Part shown: positions 1 to 29,600 of the stretch, one piece after another | Position numbering within the stretch: the first letter of the stretch is position 1 | Layout of the letters: each line of letters begins with the position of its first letter | Assembly: GCA_002269645.1 (NCBI GenBank) | Contig: NIVC01003778.1 | Location: 1 to 64,000, forward strand | DNA length: 64,000 nucleotides | DNA from: Macrostomum lignano | Taxonomy: Eukaryota | Reading direction: 5' to 3' | The notes under the pieces: model-generated | Told to the model about the DNA's origin: nothing | Seen by the model: the letters and a program-made list of their open reading frames with translations, nothing else | Databases searched by the model: none | Translations under genes and position numbers: made by a program

Positions 1-410
1 AAGGTCAAGCAACTTTCGACTTGAAATGCATTGTAAGAATGCTAGAGAAAAAACTGACTGGTTGAATTCTGATTCTGAAATAGATTGCATCATAACTGAA
101 TTGTAACTCCGACTTGAATTGAAAATGCAGTGTGGAAGCGTAGCACCAGACTTGATTTAAATTGCGTAACCATATTGTTAACTGATACTGACTGACTGAG
201 AAACTGATTATGTCATAACTGCCTCGTGTGATTTACTCTATGCTTGGATTTTAAAGTGTTGAATTATATAAGTGCAAAATTTGATGTTATCAAAACGATG
301 AGAACTAGCCTAGAGGTGAACAAACTGAACTGCCAAATGCAGCGACGATGGTTCGAATTTTTAGAGAGTTTTTTTAATTAAAGTTTTTTAACGCCAAGAA
401 AACTAAAAAA

Positions 411-601
411 TCATGGAAGCGTCATGTAAAAATTATAGAAGCGTCATGTAAAAATTATAGAAGCGTCATATAAACAATCATAGAAGCGTCATGTAAAAAT
501 CATAGAAGCGTCATGTAAACAATCATTGAAGCGTCATCTAAAAAGTCATAGAAGCGTCATGTAAATAGTCATGGAAGCGTCATGTAAACAGTCATAGAAG
601 C
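411..601. repeat. Degenerate 22-23-bp tandem repeat (CATAGAAGCGTCATGTAAAAAT), ~8 copies
   Basis: The GAAGCGTCAT core recurs every 22-23 nt. Confidence 0.85.
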
Positions 602-602
602 G

Positions 603-1928
603 AATTACAGTCGATCCTACATTGCTAGCCTGATCGTGCTACTTTTGGTTACGGCCTTGTGCATCTGCACAGTCGGATTCTTCGGTGTAGAGTCTAACAA
701 ATACCTGAGGATAAAGTGCAGCAAATCGACAAATGAGGTAGCATCGACGCCTTACGGACTACTTAGCACTTTAATCTGCTGGATTACTTTCTCGCTTTTT
801 TGTCTAGTGAGCACAGCTTTGGGCCTAGCTCGAAAGGAGATCTGGAGGTAAGCATGATAATAGAGATATCATTACTCACATATTACATTTTCGGGCAGAT
901 TACCTCAGCAGTTATGGCATCTGCCTCTCGTGCCTGTGCATGTATTTTTATGCTGCTCAAGGGTTAGCAAAATTAGCATAACGGCTTGCTCCTCGCTGGC
1001 TGCCGGTTTACTGTCACTTTTTCGATTTGCTGCAGTGCCCGAAGCCAGCTCCTGCAAGCAAACTGATGCGTGATGCAAACTTCTGTTTATTTAGGTACAA
1101 GCTCGGCTATCCCGCTTGGCCAAGAAGAAGCTACTCGGATCTAATTTCCTGGTTGGCCCCATTAATTTTGGCGCTGCCAGTCTCGTGTTTTTTGTACTGG
1201 CTTCATCTAAATACAACTACAAGCTGCAATATGTTTGGCACCATGATCTATGCAACAAGTGGATGCTGCACCATTTTGCTGGTACTCTCCAGTCTAGCTT
1301 TCATTCTCTGCTACTTGCAAATGTGTTGGCCGATAACAACTATCACAACTAGCTTCTACAACAGCATTGGCACTTTCACATTATTCTCACTTGTCTACAT
1401 CATACTGACGGCTATTTTCACGCGATTGTTTCAAGCTAGTTCGACGTTCGCCGCGGCGCAAGCTGCTGCCAGTAGTAATTCTTCGGACAGCAGCAACACA
1501 TTCTTCAGAGCTTATTACACCACCTTCTTGGTGTCACTGAACATCATTGATCGACGGTATTCAGGCCGGGCGAAGACAGAGCTGACCTGAGCCTGCTGCA
1601 TATGGCCTACATTCTTGCGGTACCTGTATTGTTTATCAACTTTGTTGTCGGAATTTTATCTTCAGTGGTGAATCGAGTCACGGAGAACAGTGTTGAGCAC
1701 CGCTACTGGCTAATGCTTACTGTTGCGGAGTACTTCGAGCGAACCTTTGTCGTGCTCTTCCGACTGAGAACTGCGCTGTTCGGACGGAAAAAGCTCACTT
1801 TGACTGTGTGCAAGCCTTTAAGTCCGGACAGCAAGCTCATCGCGTTCAATAATTACACTCTCGACTCGGTTTGGCCGCCATGCGGACAGACAGAAGTCTG
1901 CGAACTCGAGTCTACAGAAGAAATTTGA
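603..1928 (+). pseudogene. Divergent 7TM GPCR-like gene with two frame breaks (pseudogene, assembly indels, or tiny introns)
   Basis: Seven hydrophobic segments in GPCR order: TM1 (VLLLVTALCICTVGFFGVESN), TM2, a 51-nt GT-AG intron at 848-898, TM3-like ACSSLAAGLLSLFRFAAV, TM4 ISWLAPLILALP, TM5, TM6 (ORF 1027-1590) and TM7-like AYILAVPVLFINFVVGILSS (ORF 1602-1928). The frame changes near 1070-1095 and 1555-1580. No ATG start was found. Confidence 0.5.
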
Positions 1929-4861
1929 TGCTTTATTGTGCTTGACGTGTCAAACATTTCGAGAAATCTTGAAACTATGACGTATCTGAGCGCTGATACT
2001 CCGAGCTTGTTTATAGACGACTAAGATAGAAGGACGTTCCCCTTGTCTGTCATTACAGAGGTCTCATTAGTGTATTAATAGACTGTTTTTGCACAGGGTA
2101 TGGTATAGACTCCTCCCTTTTTTATTGGGTAGAAATATTTCATAGCAAAAAATTTTTTTCCATGGAGCTTGAATTTTACAAAGAATATTGACATCAATCC
2201 AAGGACAGCTATAAAATTAGGATAAGGCACTCGGTTTCATCTAGAACGTTGTGGCTTCAGTGTCTGAGATTCTTTGTCTTTTGTTTTAAACTTGATGAAT
2301 AGAAACAAATGTTTTAACTCATTACAATATTTTATACTAACTGCGGATTCTCTATGGTTCTGAATGTTTGTCTCTAACCTTTGCCAATCACTGTACTGTA
2401 TACCGATTCCGATAACAAATATTTGTATCTAATCGATGGTTGAACTGAATGTCGCATGACAACGCTTACGCGTTACCTTTAATTACCTTGGCGCAACGAA
2501 GTGTGTTGCTACTAGAGATAGAAGTCTTCAGTACGTATTTTTGAGGTCGCAGGGACGTCACAAAGACGAATCGATTCCATTATAAGATCAAACGTACAGA
2601 TAAAATAGCCTCAAAGCATTATTGATTCTCTATGTTTTTAAATATCTGATAATAAAATGAGTGCATTCGTCTCTGGGACGTCCCTTCAACATCAGAAAGC
2701 TTTCTAAAGACGTCTCACCCGCACAGCAATTGCACGTCGGCGTCGTCGAACAATGGGTTCGTCAGCGGACGTCGGAATGTTGCTTAATGGTAACTTTGGT
2801 CTGTAATCTTCGGGATTCGATAGCGCCATACAATCGTCTATCTCTATAGATTTTCGACAACTAGCTAATTCACTTCGTTTTACGTTAAACATTTTTCTTA
2901 TCGTTAAATCTTTCGCACAATTTTAACAAACGTCAATATACTACTAGCATATCGTCTAGTATCATGCATCAGGATCATACTTTTTTGAGAGTAGTTCTAG
3001 CTTCTGTCAGAAATCTGTTTGCATTGCTCTGGACAAAAATACGAGATCTACTGATTTACTGAGCTAGTTGCTATTTGCCCAAAATTAATGAACCATGCCC
3101 AATAAAACTGACTATGTAGCCATATAACAGTTGTCAAAGTTTCTGCCCATGCGATCCAAGGTACGCAGAAAGCATTGACTTAAGCTTCATGGTGCAGTGT
3201 AGAGTTTGTTAAGTTGCTATCAGTTTGATTAAATGCAAGTCTAGCTAAGCAAATATACGTAACTCCGACTAATTATCTACCGAATGAATATTTAGGGGCA
3301 CACACTCATAGAAGCAATTTTCTATTTCGCGTTATTGGCTTAGATAAAACATTCTCCGATTTAATCATGCACGGTAACAATCGTCAAGTGCAACGCATCT
3401 GATTATAGTTCCTATTATTTGCAAATCATCAGTATAGCTTTCTTTGATTGACAGCTAGCGGCTGCCGTCATAAAGCTTAATTTACACACGGGATGGACAA
3501 TAGAAAAAATATTCGCTGGTGGCTTTTTTGGTTTTGCTATTTTGCAACGCAACCAGCCCGTGAGGCAATTCTGCTCATTCCGCTGACCCCTGAGCACCTT
3601 CAATACAAGCTGTACATGTACAGCGGCCCTGACTCTCTAATCATCAGGCATGCATGTGATGGGGTTTCAAAATATTAATTTTTAAAGCGTATGCCATCGT
3701 TTACGAGAACGCTTACTTCAAATACGTATTGCTAGCTATAGCTATATTAGTAGGAAGGTAGAATTTAGCATTTGCATTTGCATTTTGCATATTTTAGTCT
3801 TTATATAGCAGTTATATTAGAATTAACATATATTTATGCGCACTCTAATTAAGGAAGTTACACGCATGCATGGAAAAACTGAATTGCAAATTCAGCCAAC
3901 AATGAGTGCGCAAACTACTTTCCAGGATAAGTAGAGTAATTCAGTCATTGATAAAAAATTATCTCGTGGTTTAAAATAACAACAGAGCGAGTAATTAGTT
4001 CGTACATGTAACAGCTGTATATTAATTATGAAAAATTTCGACACCAAGACTCAAGCTGATTAAGAATATCATCGAAACTGAAAGAGTAGTGAAAAAAAGA
4101 TTAATAATATGGTAGCTCGTAATATTGCAATAAATTAACAAAATAGTATACAGTATATGGAAACTAAATGTGTCTGATTTTGTGTTTTTTTCAGCTGCGT
4201 TACTGTTTTTAGGCGGTTTAAATGGTAATGCAAGTTTTTCAAATTTGAAAAAATAAATTGTACATCGAATATCATTACTTAGAGAATACTTCGACAAACC
4301 TGAAAGACAGTGGTAGTGTGATTAAACATACTATCATTCTTACATGTAGCTAATTAAATGTACGTAAGTCATTACGACATGCTCCATGCAGAATATATAA
4401 ATAAAAATGAGCAACTTTTAGTAACAACACATTGCATATAACCATGAGTATAGCCAAAAAATCATAAAATACTCAGCACGATGCTTTTGATTTGTTTATA
4501 CATGTACATGTACGAGTACATGTATCTTTAATGGCTTGATATTTTTTATTAATTGCAACTTTTATTATTTAAAAAATATTTTATATTTTGAAACTATCAG
4601 CATATTTACGTTTATTTATTTACTTAGCTACCTTAAAACGTTTTCCTTATTATAAGCTCATAAATTTTTGCGACAACGCGATCGACACAGCTGGAAACCG
4701 CGTTAAATCACTCAAACTAAAACAAATATCTCACAGTGTATGAAACAACTACAGTATATTAGTTGCCAGAAAAATATTAATACATTATTAGACAGTGCAA
4801 GTCATTATTAGAGCTATGTATGCATAGATGGAAATAAGAATCCTAAAAATGAAGCTCTCGA

Positions 4862-22197
<17,336 letters not shown>

Positions 22198-22231
22198 CTG
22201 AGTGTTGATCAGATGGAACTAAAGTTAGGAA

Positions 22232-22797
22232 TGCAGGTAGTGAGGTGGGTGTGTTCGGTCAGGGAGTGAGGTGGGTGTGTTCGGGGCAGGGAGTGAGGTG
22301 GGTGTGTTTAGGCATGGAGTGAGGTGGATGCATTCGGGCAGGGAGTGAGGTGGGTGTATTCGGGCAGGGAGTGAGATGGGTGTGTTTGGGCAGGGAGTGA
22401 GGTGGGTGTGTTCGGGCAAGGAGTGAGGTGGGTGTGTTCGGGCAGGGAGTGAGGTGGGTGTGTTTGGGCATGGAGTGAGGTGGATGCATTCGGGCAGGGA
22501 GTGAGGTGGGTGTATTCGGGCAGGGAGTGAGATGGGTGTGTTCGGGCAGGGAGTGAGGTGGGTGTGTTCGGGCAGGGAGTGAGATGGGTGTGTTCGGGCA
22601 GGGAGTGAGATGGGTGTGTTCGGGCAGGGAGTGAGATGGATGTGTTCGGTCAGGGAGTGAGGTGGGTGTGTTCGGGCAGGAAGTGAGGTGGGTGTGTTCG
22701 GGCAAGGAGTGAGGTGGGTGTGTTCGGTCAGGGAGTGAGGTGGGTGTGTTCTGGCAGGGAGTGAGGTGGGTGTGTTCGGGCAGGGAGTGAGGTGAGC
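22232..22797. repeat. 26-bp G-rich minisatellite (GGGAGTGAGGTGGGTGTGTTCGGGCA), ~21 copies
   Basis: Direct inspection. Confidence 0.95.
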
Positions 22798-23034
22798 GAG
22801 TAAATAAAATTTGAAGGTTTTAAATATTTATTTACCGTACAATGAAATGAATTGCTGGTATCTAGATGGAGTTCAGCAAACTCGTTGAAATGAATGAGAT
22901 ATACTGTGTTTATAGTTCCTAGAATTACTACGAATTTTATCGAAAGAATCTAATTTACACGCAAGCATTATTTGGATTCAAAAGTGCACAGAATGCTAGC
23001 TCTCAATATATATTCCTAAACCTCATTGAATCAC

Positions 23035-23120
23035 CTTGACCCATCGCTTTCTCCAGCTGCCGTGTCCCTGCTCGACCAAGCAAACAAATTGACCCGCAGT
23101 CGTTCGCTTATAAGATTGAG
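23035..23120 (-). CDS. Possible additional exon of the EGF/LamG gene (QSYKRTTAGQFVCLVEQGHGSWRKRWVK, Ig-strand-like)
   Basis: Bounded by CTCCAG and GTGATT, phase 1 to 0. It joins the EGF exon only through an alternative acceptor at 22186. Other frames are possible. Confidence 0.3.
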
Positions 23121-23344
23121 CTGGAGACTACTCAAGCTAAAATTTCTATCAAAGAGAAATATAGAGGCATAAGCTTTACAAGTAGGATTAATGCCTTTCT
23201 GCATCCTTAAAATATCCTGTTGGTCAGGGACGGACGGACACCAAAAATACATTGCGATCCAGGCCTACATAAGACTATGGGTTTGAAAAAATAATTTATT
23301 ATGCCAACGCCAGCTACGTAGTTAAGCTAGTATGGTACAAAGGA

Positions 23345-23553
23345 GGCCCCAGCTACAGAGGGGGCGCCAGCTACAGAGGGGGCGCCAGCTACAGAGGGGA
23401 CGCCAGCTACAGAGGGGGCGCCAGCTACAGAGGGGGCGCCAGCTACAGAGGGGGCGCCAGCTACAGAGGGGGCGCCAGCTACAGAGGGGGCGCCAGCTAC
23501 AGAGGGGGCGCCAGCTACAGAGGGGGCGCCAGCTACAGAGGGGGCGCCAGCTA
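23345..23553. repeat. 18-bp minisatellite (GCCAGCTACAGAGGGGGC), ~12 copies
   Basis: Direct inspection. Confidence 0.95.
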
Positions 23554-23920
23554 CCAAATAGCACCAATGCGAAAAGGAGAGATGACCTGCCTGAGCAGAG
23601 TAGACTTGAACAATCGCACTCACAAATCTGAACTCTTTAGCAAAGCTACGAGTAAAAGCTTTCTATCAGCCACGCATAGGTGGTCATATTTCATCTCAGC
23701 GCAGAATTAGCAATATATTAGCAATTCATTGTTTCCAGTTGTACATGTGCATCTATACTAATTAATCTATAGACTAGATAAAACTATTTTAATAAAGTCT
23801 ACTCTGTGTAGGCCATCCATTTTAATTATCCTGCTAGTATATCTAGATTTTTTAAAGCAAGCGGGACTAAAATGATGCATTACTGTTTTGGGAATAACTA
23901 AGGTAATTACTTTCAAAGGT

Positions 23921-24618
23921 ATGCTCATATCTGCTACAATAGTGTGCTCATATCTGTTACAATAGTGTGCTCATATCTGTTACAATAGTGTGCTCATATC
24001 TGCTACAATAGTGTGCTCATATCTGCTACAATAGTGTGCTCATATCTGTTACAATAGTGTGCTCATATCTGTTACAATAGTGTGCTCATATCTGCTACAA
24101 TAGTGTGCTCATATCTGTTACAATAGTGTGCTCATATCTGTTACAATAGTGTGCTCATATCTGCTACAATAGTGTGCTCATATCTGTTACAATAGTGTGC
24201 TCATATCTGTTACAATAGTGTGCTCATATCTGCTACAATAGTGTGCTCATATCTGCTACAATAGTGTGCTCATATCTGTTACAATAGTGTGCTCATATCT
24301 GCTACAATAGTGTTCTCATATCTATTACAATAGTGTGCTCATATCTGCTACAATAGTGTGCTCATATCTGTTACAATTGTGTGCTCATATCTGTTACAAT
24401 TGTGTGCTCATATCGGTTACAATTGTGTGCTCATATCTGTTACAATAGTGTGCTCATATCTGTTACAATAGTGTGCTCATATCTGTTACAATTGTGTGCT
24501 CATATCTGTTACAATAGTGTGCTCATATCTGTTACAATAGTGTGCTCATATCTGTTACAATAGTGTGCTCATATCTGTTACAATAGTGTGCTCATATCTG
24601 TTACAATAGTGTGCTCAT
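23921..24618. repeat. 23-bp minisatellite (TGTGCTCATATCTGTTACAATAG), ~30 copies
   Basis: Direct inspection. Confidence 0.96.
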
Positions 24619-24687
24619 ACGCTCGTATCTGCTGCTATCTATCTAGAATTACAATAACAATTAGAACACGAAAAGTGAGCTGCTCAC

Positions 24688-24772
24688 CCGACTTCATTAG
24701 ATTCACTTGCGTTGTTCCCGAACTTAGCAGAAGCAGAATCGCTTCCAATAGGGTTAAAATATCAGACAACAT
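24688..24772 (-). CDS. Putative first coding exon (signal-peptide-like) of the EGF/LamG gene
   Basis: ATG at 24772 encodes MLSDILTLLEAILLLLSSGTTQVNLMKS, then G|GTGAGC, a phase-1 donor compatible with the acceptors at 22197 or 23120. A hydrophobic N-terminus is expected for this protein class. Confidence 0.45.
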
Positions 24773-24919
24773 TTTCTTTGTCAGTTGTTTTCGAATGTTC
24801 AATTTGGTTCGAAGTTGGTTTCCCCGAAAAGAGTAATGCGTTCAGCATTTCAGGTATTCTTTTTTATAAAACTGGCGGCCCGATAGGTAGACCCCACTAT
24901 ATAGAATTCTGAAATCCGC

Positions 24920-24958
24920 AATCTGATTGGCTGACCGAACCAACTAGCCAATCAGATT
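24920..24958. promoter_or_regulatory. Inverted pair of CCAAT-box-containing 13-bp arms
   Basis: AATCTGATTGGCT-N13-AGCCAATCAGATT, ~150 nt upstream of the putative first exon. Confidence 0.35.
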
Positions 24959-25794
24959 CGTCCGACAGGATCATCATTGAGACTGCATAATGTCCCATAC
25001 AGAGCCTGTCCAATTCAATTGGAAATCGCGACTGGAGCCTCACAATGCCCTCGAGGGGAAGTGGGTACCCATCAGAGTTCTCGATGTCAAACCTCGAATG
25101 TAAACCTGTCAGTTGTTTTGTCATACGTAGTAAGGCCGAGGGGCTCATTTGCATATTTCAGCAGGCTCATTAGCAGTTGACTTCTACATGTGCATGTGTA
25201 TACACGAACTCTGTAACGCACCAATGATTTTTGTTTTAATTAGCGTCAGAAAAGCATGTGACTATTCATTGTGGTAAATATAGTATAGCTATGCGGCAGT
25301 ACTGAGCAAGGCCAAAATATTAATACATTAGTAGTTTTGAATTCCAACATGTAATAAATTGGTACACATTTCTATAGAAATATTCGTAACATGCTTCTTT
25401 CTCTATTTACACATTTTAGTCATACTCTTTTTACTTCGCATTCTATTTTCCCTACTGCTTCTACCTATTGATACTATTTCTCTACTCCTCACCCTACTAC
25501 CCCTCGACCACACTATTTAGTGTCTCCCGGCCATCCCATAGAATCGTTGCGTTCGAACAATGCGCTGTTAAAAAAATTTTAAAGCTTAAAAAAGTTTTTT
25601 AGACAAAAAGCTTTTCTTTAAAACAATGCAGATTTGTAAAAGCGTATCTAGCTTTTTGTAAATATCTGCTTTCTGCATTGTCACTGATTCAAAAGTACAT
25701 GGCCAGGTAGAACATCACCTGCTTCTGCTACTCTAAGGGTATAAGGCGCTATAAAAACGACTTTGTTACTTTGTACTTTTAGATATTGTTATCA

Positions 25795-28700
25795 CAGGGG
25801 CGCCCACCAAGAGGCAGGGGCGCCCACCAAGAGACAGGAGCGCACACCAAGAGACAGGGGCGCCCAACAAGAGACAGCAGCGCACACCAAGAGACAGGGG
25901 CGCCCACCGAGAGACAGGAGCGCACACCAAGAGGCAGGGGCTCCCAACAAGAGACAGGAGCGCCCAACAAGAGACAGGAGCGCCCAACAAGAGACAGGAG
26001 CGCCCAACAAGAGACAGGAGCGCCCAGCAAGAGACAGGAGCGCCCACCAAGAGACAGGGGCGCCCAACAAGAGACAGGAGCGCCCAGCAAGAGACAGGAG
26101 CGCCCACCAAGAGACAGGGGCGCCCACCAAGAGACAGGGGCGCACACAAAGAGACAGGGGCGCCCAACAAGAGACAGGAGCGCACATCAAGAGACAGGAG
26201 CGCCCACCAAGAGACAGGGGCGCCCACCAAGAGACAGGGGCGCCCAACAAGAGACAGGGGCGCCCAACAAGAGACAGGAGCGCACACCAAGAGACAGGAG
26301 CGCACACCAAGAGGCAGGGGCTCCCAACAAGAGACAGGAGTGCACAACAAGAGACAGGAGCGCACACCAAGAGACAGGGGCGCCCACCAAGAGACAGGGG
26401 CGCACACCAAGAGACAGGGGCGCCCACCAAGAGACAGGGGCGCCCAACAAGAGACAGGGGCGCCCAACAAGAGACAGGAGCGCACAACAAGAGACAGGGG
26501 CGCCCACCAAGAGACAGGGGCGCCCAACAAGAGACAGGAGCGCACACCAAGAGACAGGAGCGCACACCAAGAGGCAGGGGCTCCCAACAAGAGACAGGAG
26601 TGCACAACAAGAGACAGGAGCGCACACCAAGAGACAGGAGCGCACACCAAGAGACAGGAGCGCACAACAAGAGACAGGAGCGCACACCAAGAGACAGGAG
26701 CGCACACCAAGAGACAGGGGCGCCCAACAAGAGACAGCAGCGCACACCAAGAGACAGGAGCGCACACCAAGAGGCAGGGGCTCCCAACAAGAGACAGGAG
26801 CGCACAACAAGAGACAGGAGCGCACACCAAGAGACAGGAGCGCACAACAAGAGACAGGAGCGCACAACAAGAGACAGGAGCGCACACCAAGAGACAGGAG
26901 CGCCCAACAAGAGACAGGAGCGCCCAACAAGAGACAGGAGCGCCCAGCAAGAGACAGGAGCGCCCACCAAGAGACAGGGGCGCCCAACAAGAGACAGGAG
27001 CGCCCAGCAAGAGACAGGAGCGCCCAACAAGAGACAGGAGCGCCCAGCAAGAGACAGGAGCGCCCACCAAGAGACAGGGGCGCCCAACAAGAGACAGGAG
27101 CGCACACAAAGAGACAGGGGCGCCCAACAAGAGACAGGAGCGCACATCAAGAGACAGGAGCGCCCACCAAGAGACAGGGGCGCCCACCAAGAGACAGGGG
27201 CGCCCAACAAGAGACAGGGGCGCCCAACAAGAGACAGGAGCGCACAACAAGAGACAGGAGCGCACACCAAGAGACAGGAGCGCACAACAAGAGACAGGAG
27301 CGCACACCAAGAGACAGGAGCGCACACCAAGAGACAGGGGCGCCCAACAAGAGACAGCAGCGCACACCAAGAGACAGGGGCGCACACCAAGAGGCAGGGG
27401 CTCCCAACAAGAGACAGGAGCGCACAACAAGAGACAGGAGCGCACAACAAGAGACAGGAGCGCACAACAAGAGACAGGAGCGCACACCAAGAGACAGGAG
27501 CGCCCAACAAGAGACAGGAGCGCCCAACAAGAGACAGGAGCGCCCAGCAAGAGACAGGAGCGCCCACCAAGAGACAGGGGCGCCCAGCAAGAGACAGGAG
27601 CGCCCAACAAGAGACAGGAGCATCCAGCAAGAGACAGGAGCGCCCACCAAGAGACAGGGGCGCCCAACAAGAGACAGGAGCGCCCAGCAAGAGACAGGAG
27701 CGCCCACCAAGAGACAGGGGCGCCCAACAAGAGACAGGAGCGCCCACCAAGAGACAGGGGCGCCCAACAAGAGACAGGAGCGCCCAGCAAGAGACAGGAG
27801 CGCCCACCAAGAGACAGGAGCGCACACCAAGAGACAGGGGCGCCCAACAAGAGACAGCAGCGCACACCAAGAGACAGGAGCGCCCACCAAGAGACAGGAG
27901 CGCGCACCAAGAGGCAGGGGCTCCCAACAAGAGACAGGAGCGCACAACAAGAGACAGGAGCGCACACCAAGAGACAGGAGCGCACACCAAGAGACAGGGG
28001 CGCCCAACAAGAGACAGCAGCGCACACCAAGAGACAGGGGCGCACACCAAGAGGCAGGGGCTCCCAACAAGAGACAGGAGCGCACAACAAGAGACAGGAG
28101 CGCACAACAAGAGACAGGAGCGCACAACAAGAGACAGGAGCGCACACCAAGAGACAGGAGCGCCCAACAAGAGACAGGAGCGCCCAACAAGAGACAGGAG
28201 CGCCCAGCAAGAGACAGGAGCGCCCACCAAGAGACAGGGGCGCCCAGCAAGAGACAGGAGCGCCCAACAAGAGACAGGAGCATCCAGCAAGAGACAGGAG
28301 CGCCCACCAAGAGACAGGGGCGCCCAACAAGAGACAGGAGCGCCCAGCAAGAGACAGGAGCGCCCACCAAGAGACAGGGGCGCCCAACAAGAGACAGGAG
28401 CGCCCACCAAGAGACAGGGGCGCCCAACAAGAGACAGGAGCGCCCAGCAAGAGACAGGAGCGCCCACCAAGAGACAGGAGCGCACACCAAGAGACAGGGG
28501 CGCCCAACAAGAGACAGCAGCGCACACCAAGAGACAGGAGCGCCCACCAAGAGACAGGAGCGCACACCAAGAGGCAGGGGCTCCCAACAAGAGACAGGAG
28601 CGCACAACAAGAGACAGGAGCGCACACCAAGAGACAGGAGCGCACAACAAGAGACAGGAGCGCACACCAAGAGACAGGAGCGCACACCAAGAGACAGGAG

Positions 28701-28882
28701 CGCACAACAAGAGACAGGAGCGCACACCAAGAGACAGGAGCGCACACCAAGAGACAGGAGCGCACACCAAGAGACAGGAGCGCACAACAAGAGACAGGAG
28801 CGCACAACAAGAGACAGGAGCGCACACCAAGAGACAGGAGCGCACACCAAGAGACAGGAGCGCACAACAAGAGACAGGAGCG
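25795..28882. repeat. 20-bp satellite (CGCMCAMCAAGAGACAGGRG), ~154 copies, no indels
   Basis: The 20-bp register is kept across 3.1 kb. It is the source of the >1000-aa pseudo-ORFs. Confidence 0.98.
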
Positions 28883-29034
28883 CTCTCTAGAACACCAAAT
28901 AATTGGCGCTCCTTAGGGTGCGGTTTTAACTATTTACCCTTTACCCCTCTAATTTCAATTCCCTAGATAGATACGCTCGTAAAAAGACGCTGAAGAGTCA
29001 GAGACTCTTAGCGCTCACACGCCCGCAAAAAAGT

Positions 29035-29600
29035 TCAGAGGGGCAGGAAGTGGCCTCGCCTCAAGCGGGTGAGGTGGATGGCCTGAAGGTCACTAACAAA
29101 AGTCTTTAGAAGCGTCTCAGTGCGCGCATGTCCGCAACGATATGGGTCGCACGGCGGGTTGAGCACGACACCTGCGAAGGGGCTCATTTCCCCGGCCCCG
29201 CGTAGCACATGGCCGAGAGGTCGCTGTCTCCGCGCTCTAAGGATGGAGCTCACTGGCGGGACGCCGGAGCGAGCAGCGAGCGCGCGGTTTGACAGCCTTT
29301 CAGGGTAGCGGAGGTCGAGGGCAAACCGCAGCAAAGCTCTGAAGGTGGCGTCGAGAGCCTGGTTGCGAGATTCCGTGACCGGCAGAGATTCGAAACCGTA
29401 ATGGAATATCGGCTCCACGGCAGCTCGGAAAATCCTGATTATAGTAGTAGTTATAGCTGTCTGTACACCCAGATGTCGTCGGCAAAAGCGAGGGCAGCCA
29501 CTCTCAGGGTAACGCGAGCTGCGGCGCCGAGCGACAACGAAGCCATCGTCTTCAGAGAGAGTGCGGCGCAGGACATAGACATCGGACATCAATTCCCTAA
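29035..29600 (-). mobile_element. Non-LTR retrotransposon (RTE-like LINE) ORF2 C-terminal fragment
   Basis: IRIFRAAVEPIFHYGFESL..LDATFRALLRFAL..LSNRAL..SILRARRQRPLGHVLR matches the post-RT region of RTE-type elements. The catalytic RT core is absent. Confidence 0.75.

Noticed and set aside
1573-1590. KTELT at the end of ORF 1027-1590 as an ER-retrieval signal
   Set aside because: It is not terminal (an extra T follows) and lies past the likely frame break of a membrane receptor.
25001-25105. Phase 1-1 exon-like segment on the minus strand (LHSRFDIENSDGYPLPLEG..)
   Set aside because: No recognisable domain, and it lies upstream of the better signal-peptide exon. It is not excluded without RNA data.
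25763-28966. >1000-aa ORFs on both strands
   Set aside because: They are translations of a stop-free 20-bp satellite, with no splice or start context, and the same peptide cycle appears in every frame.
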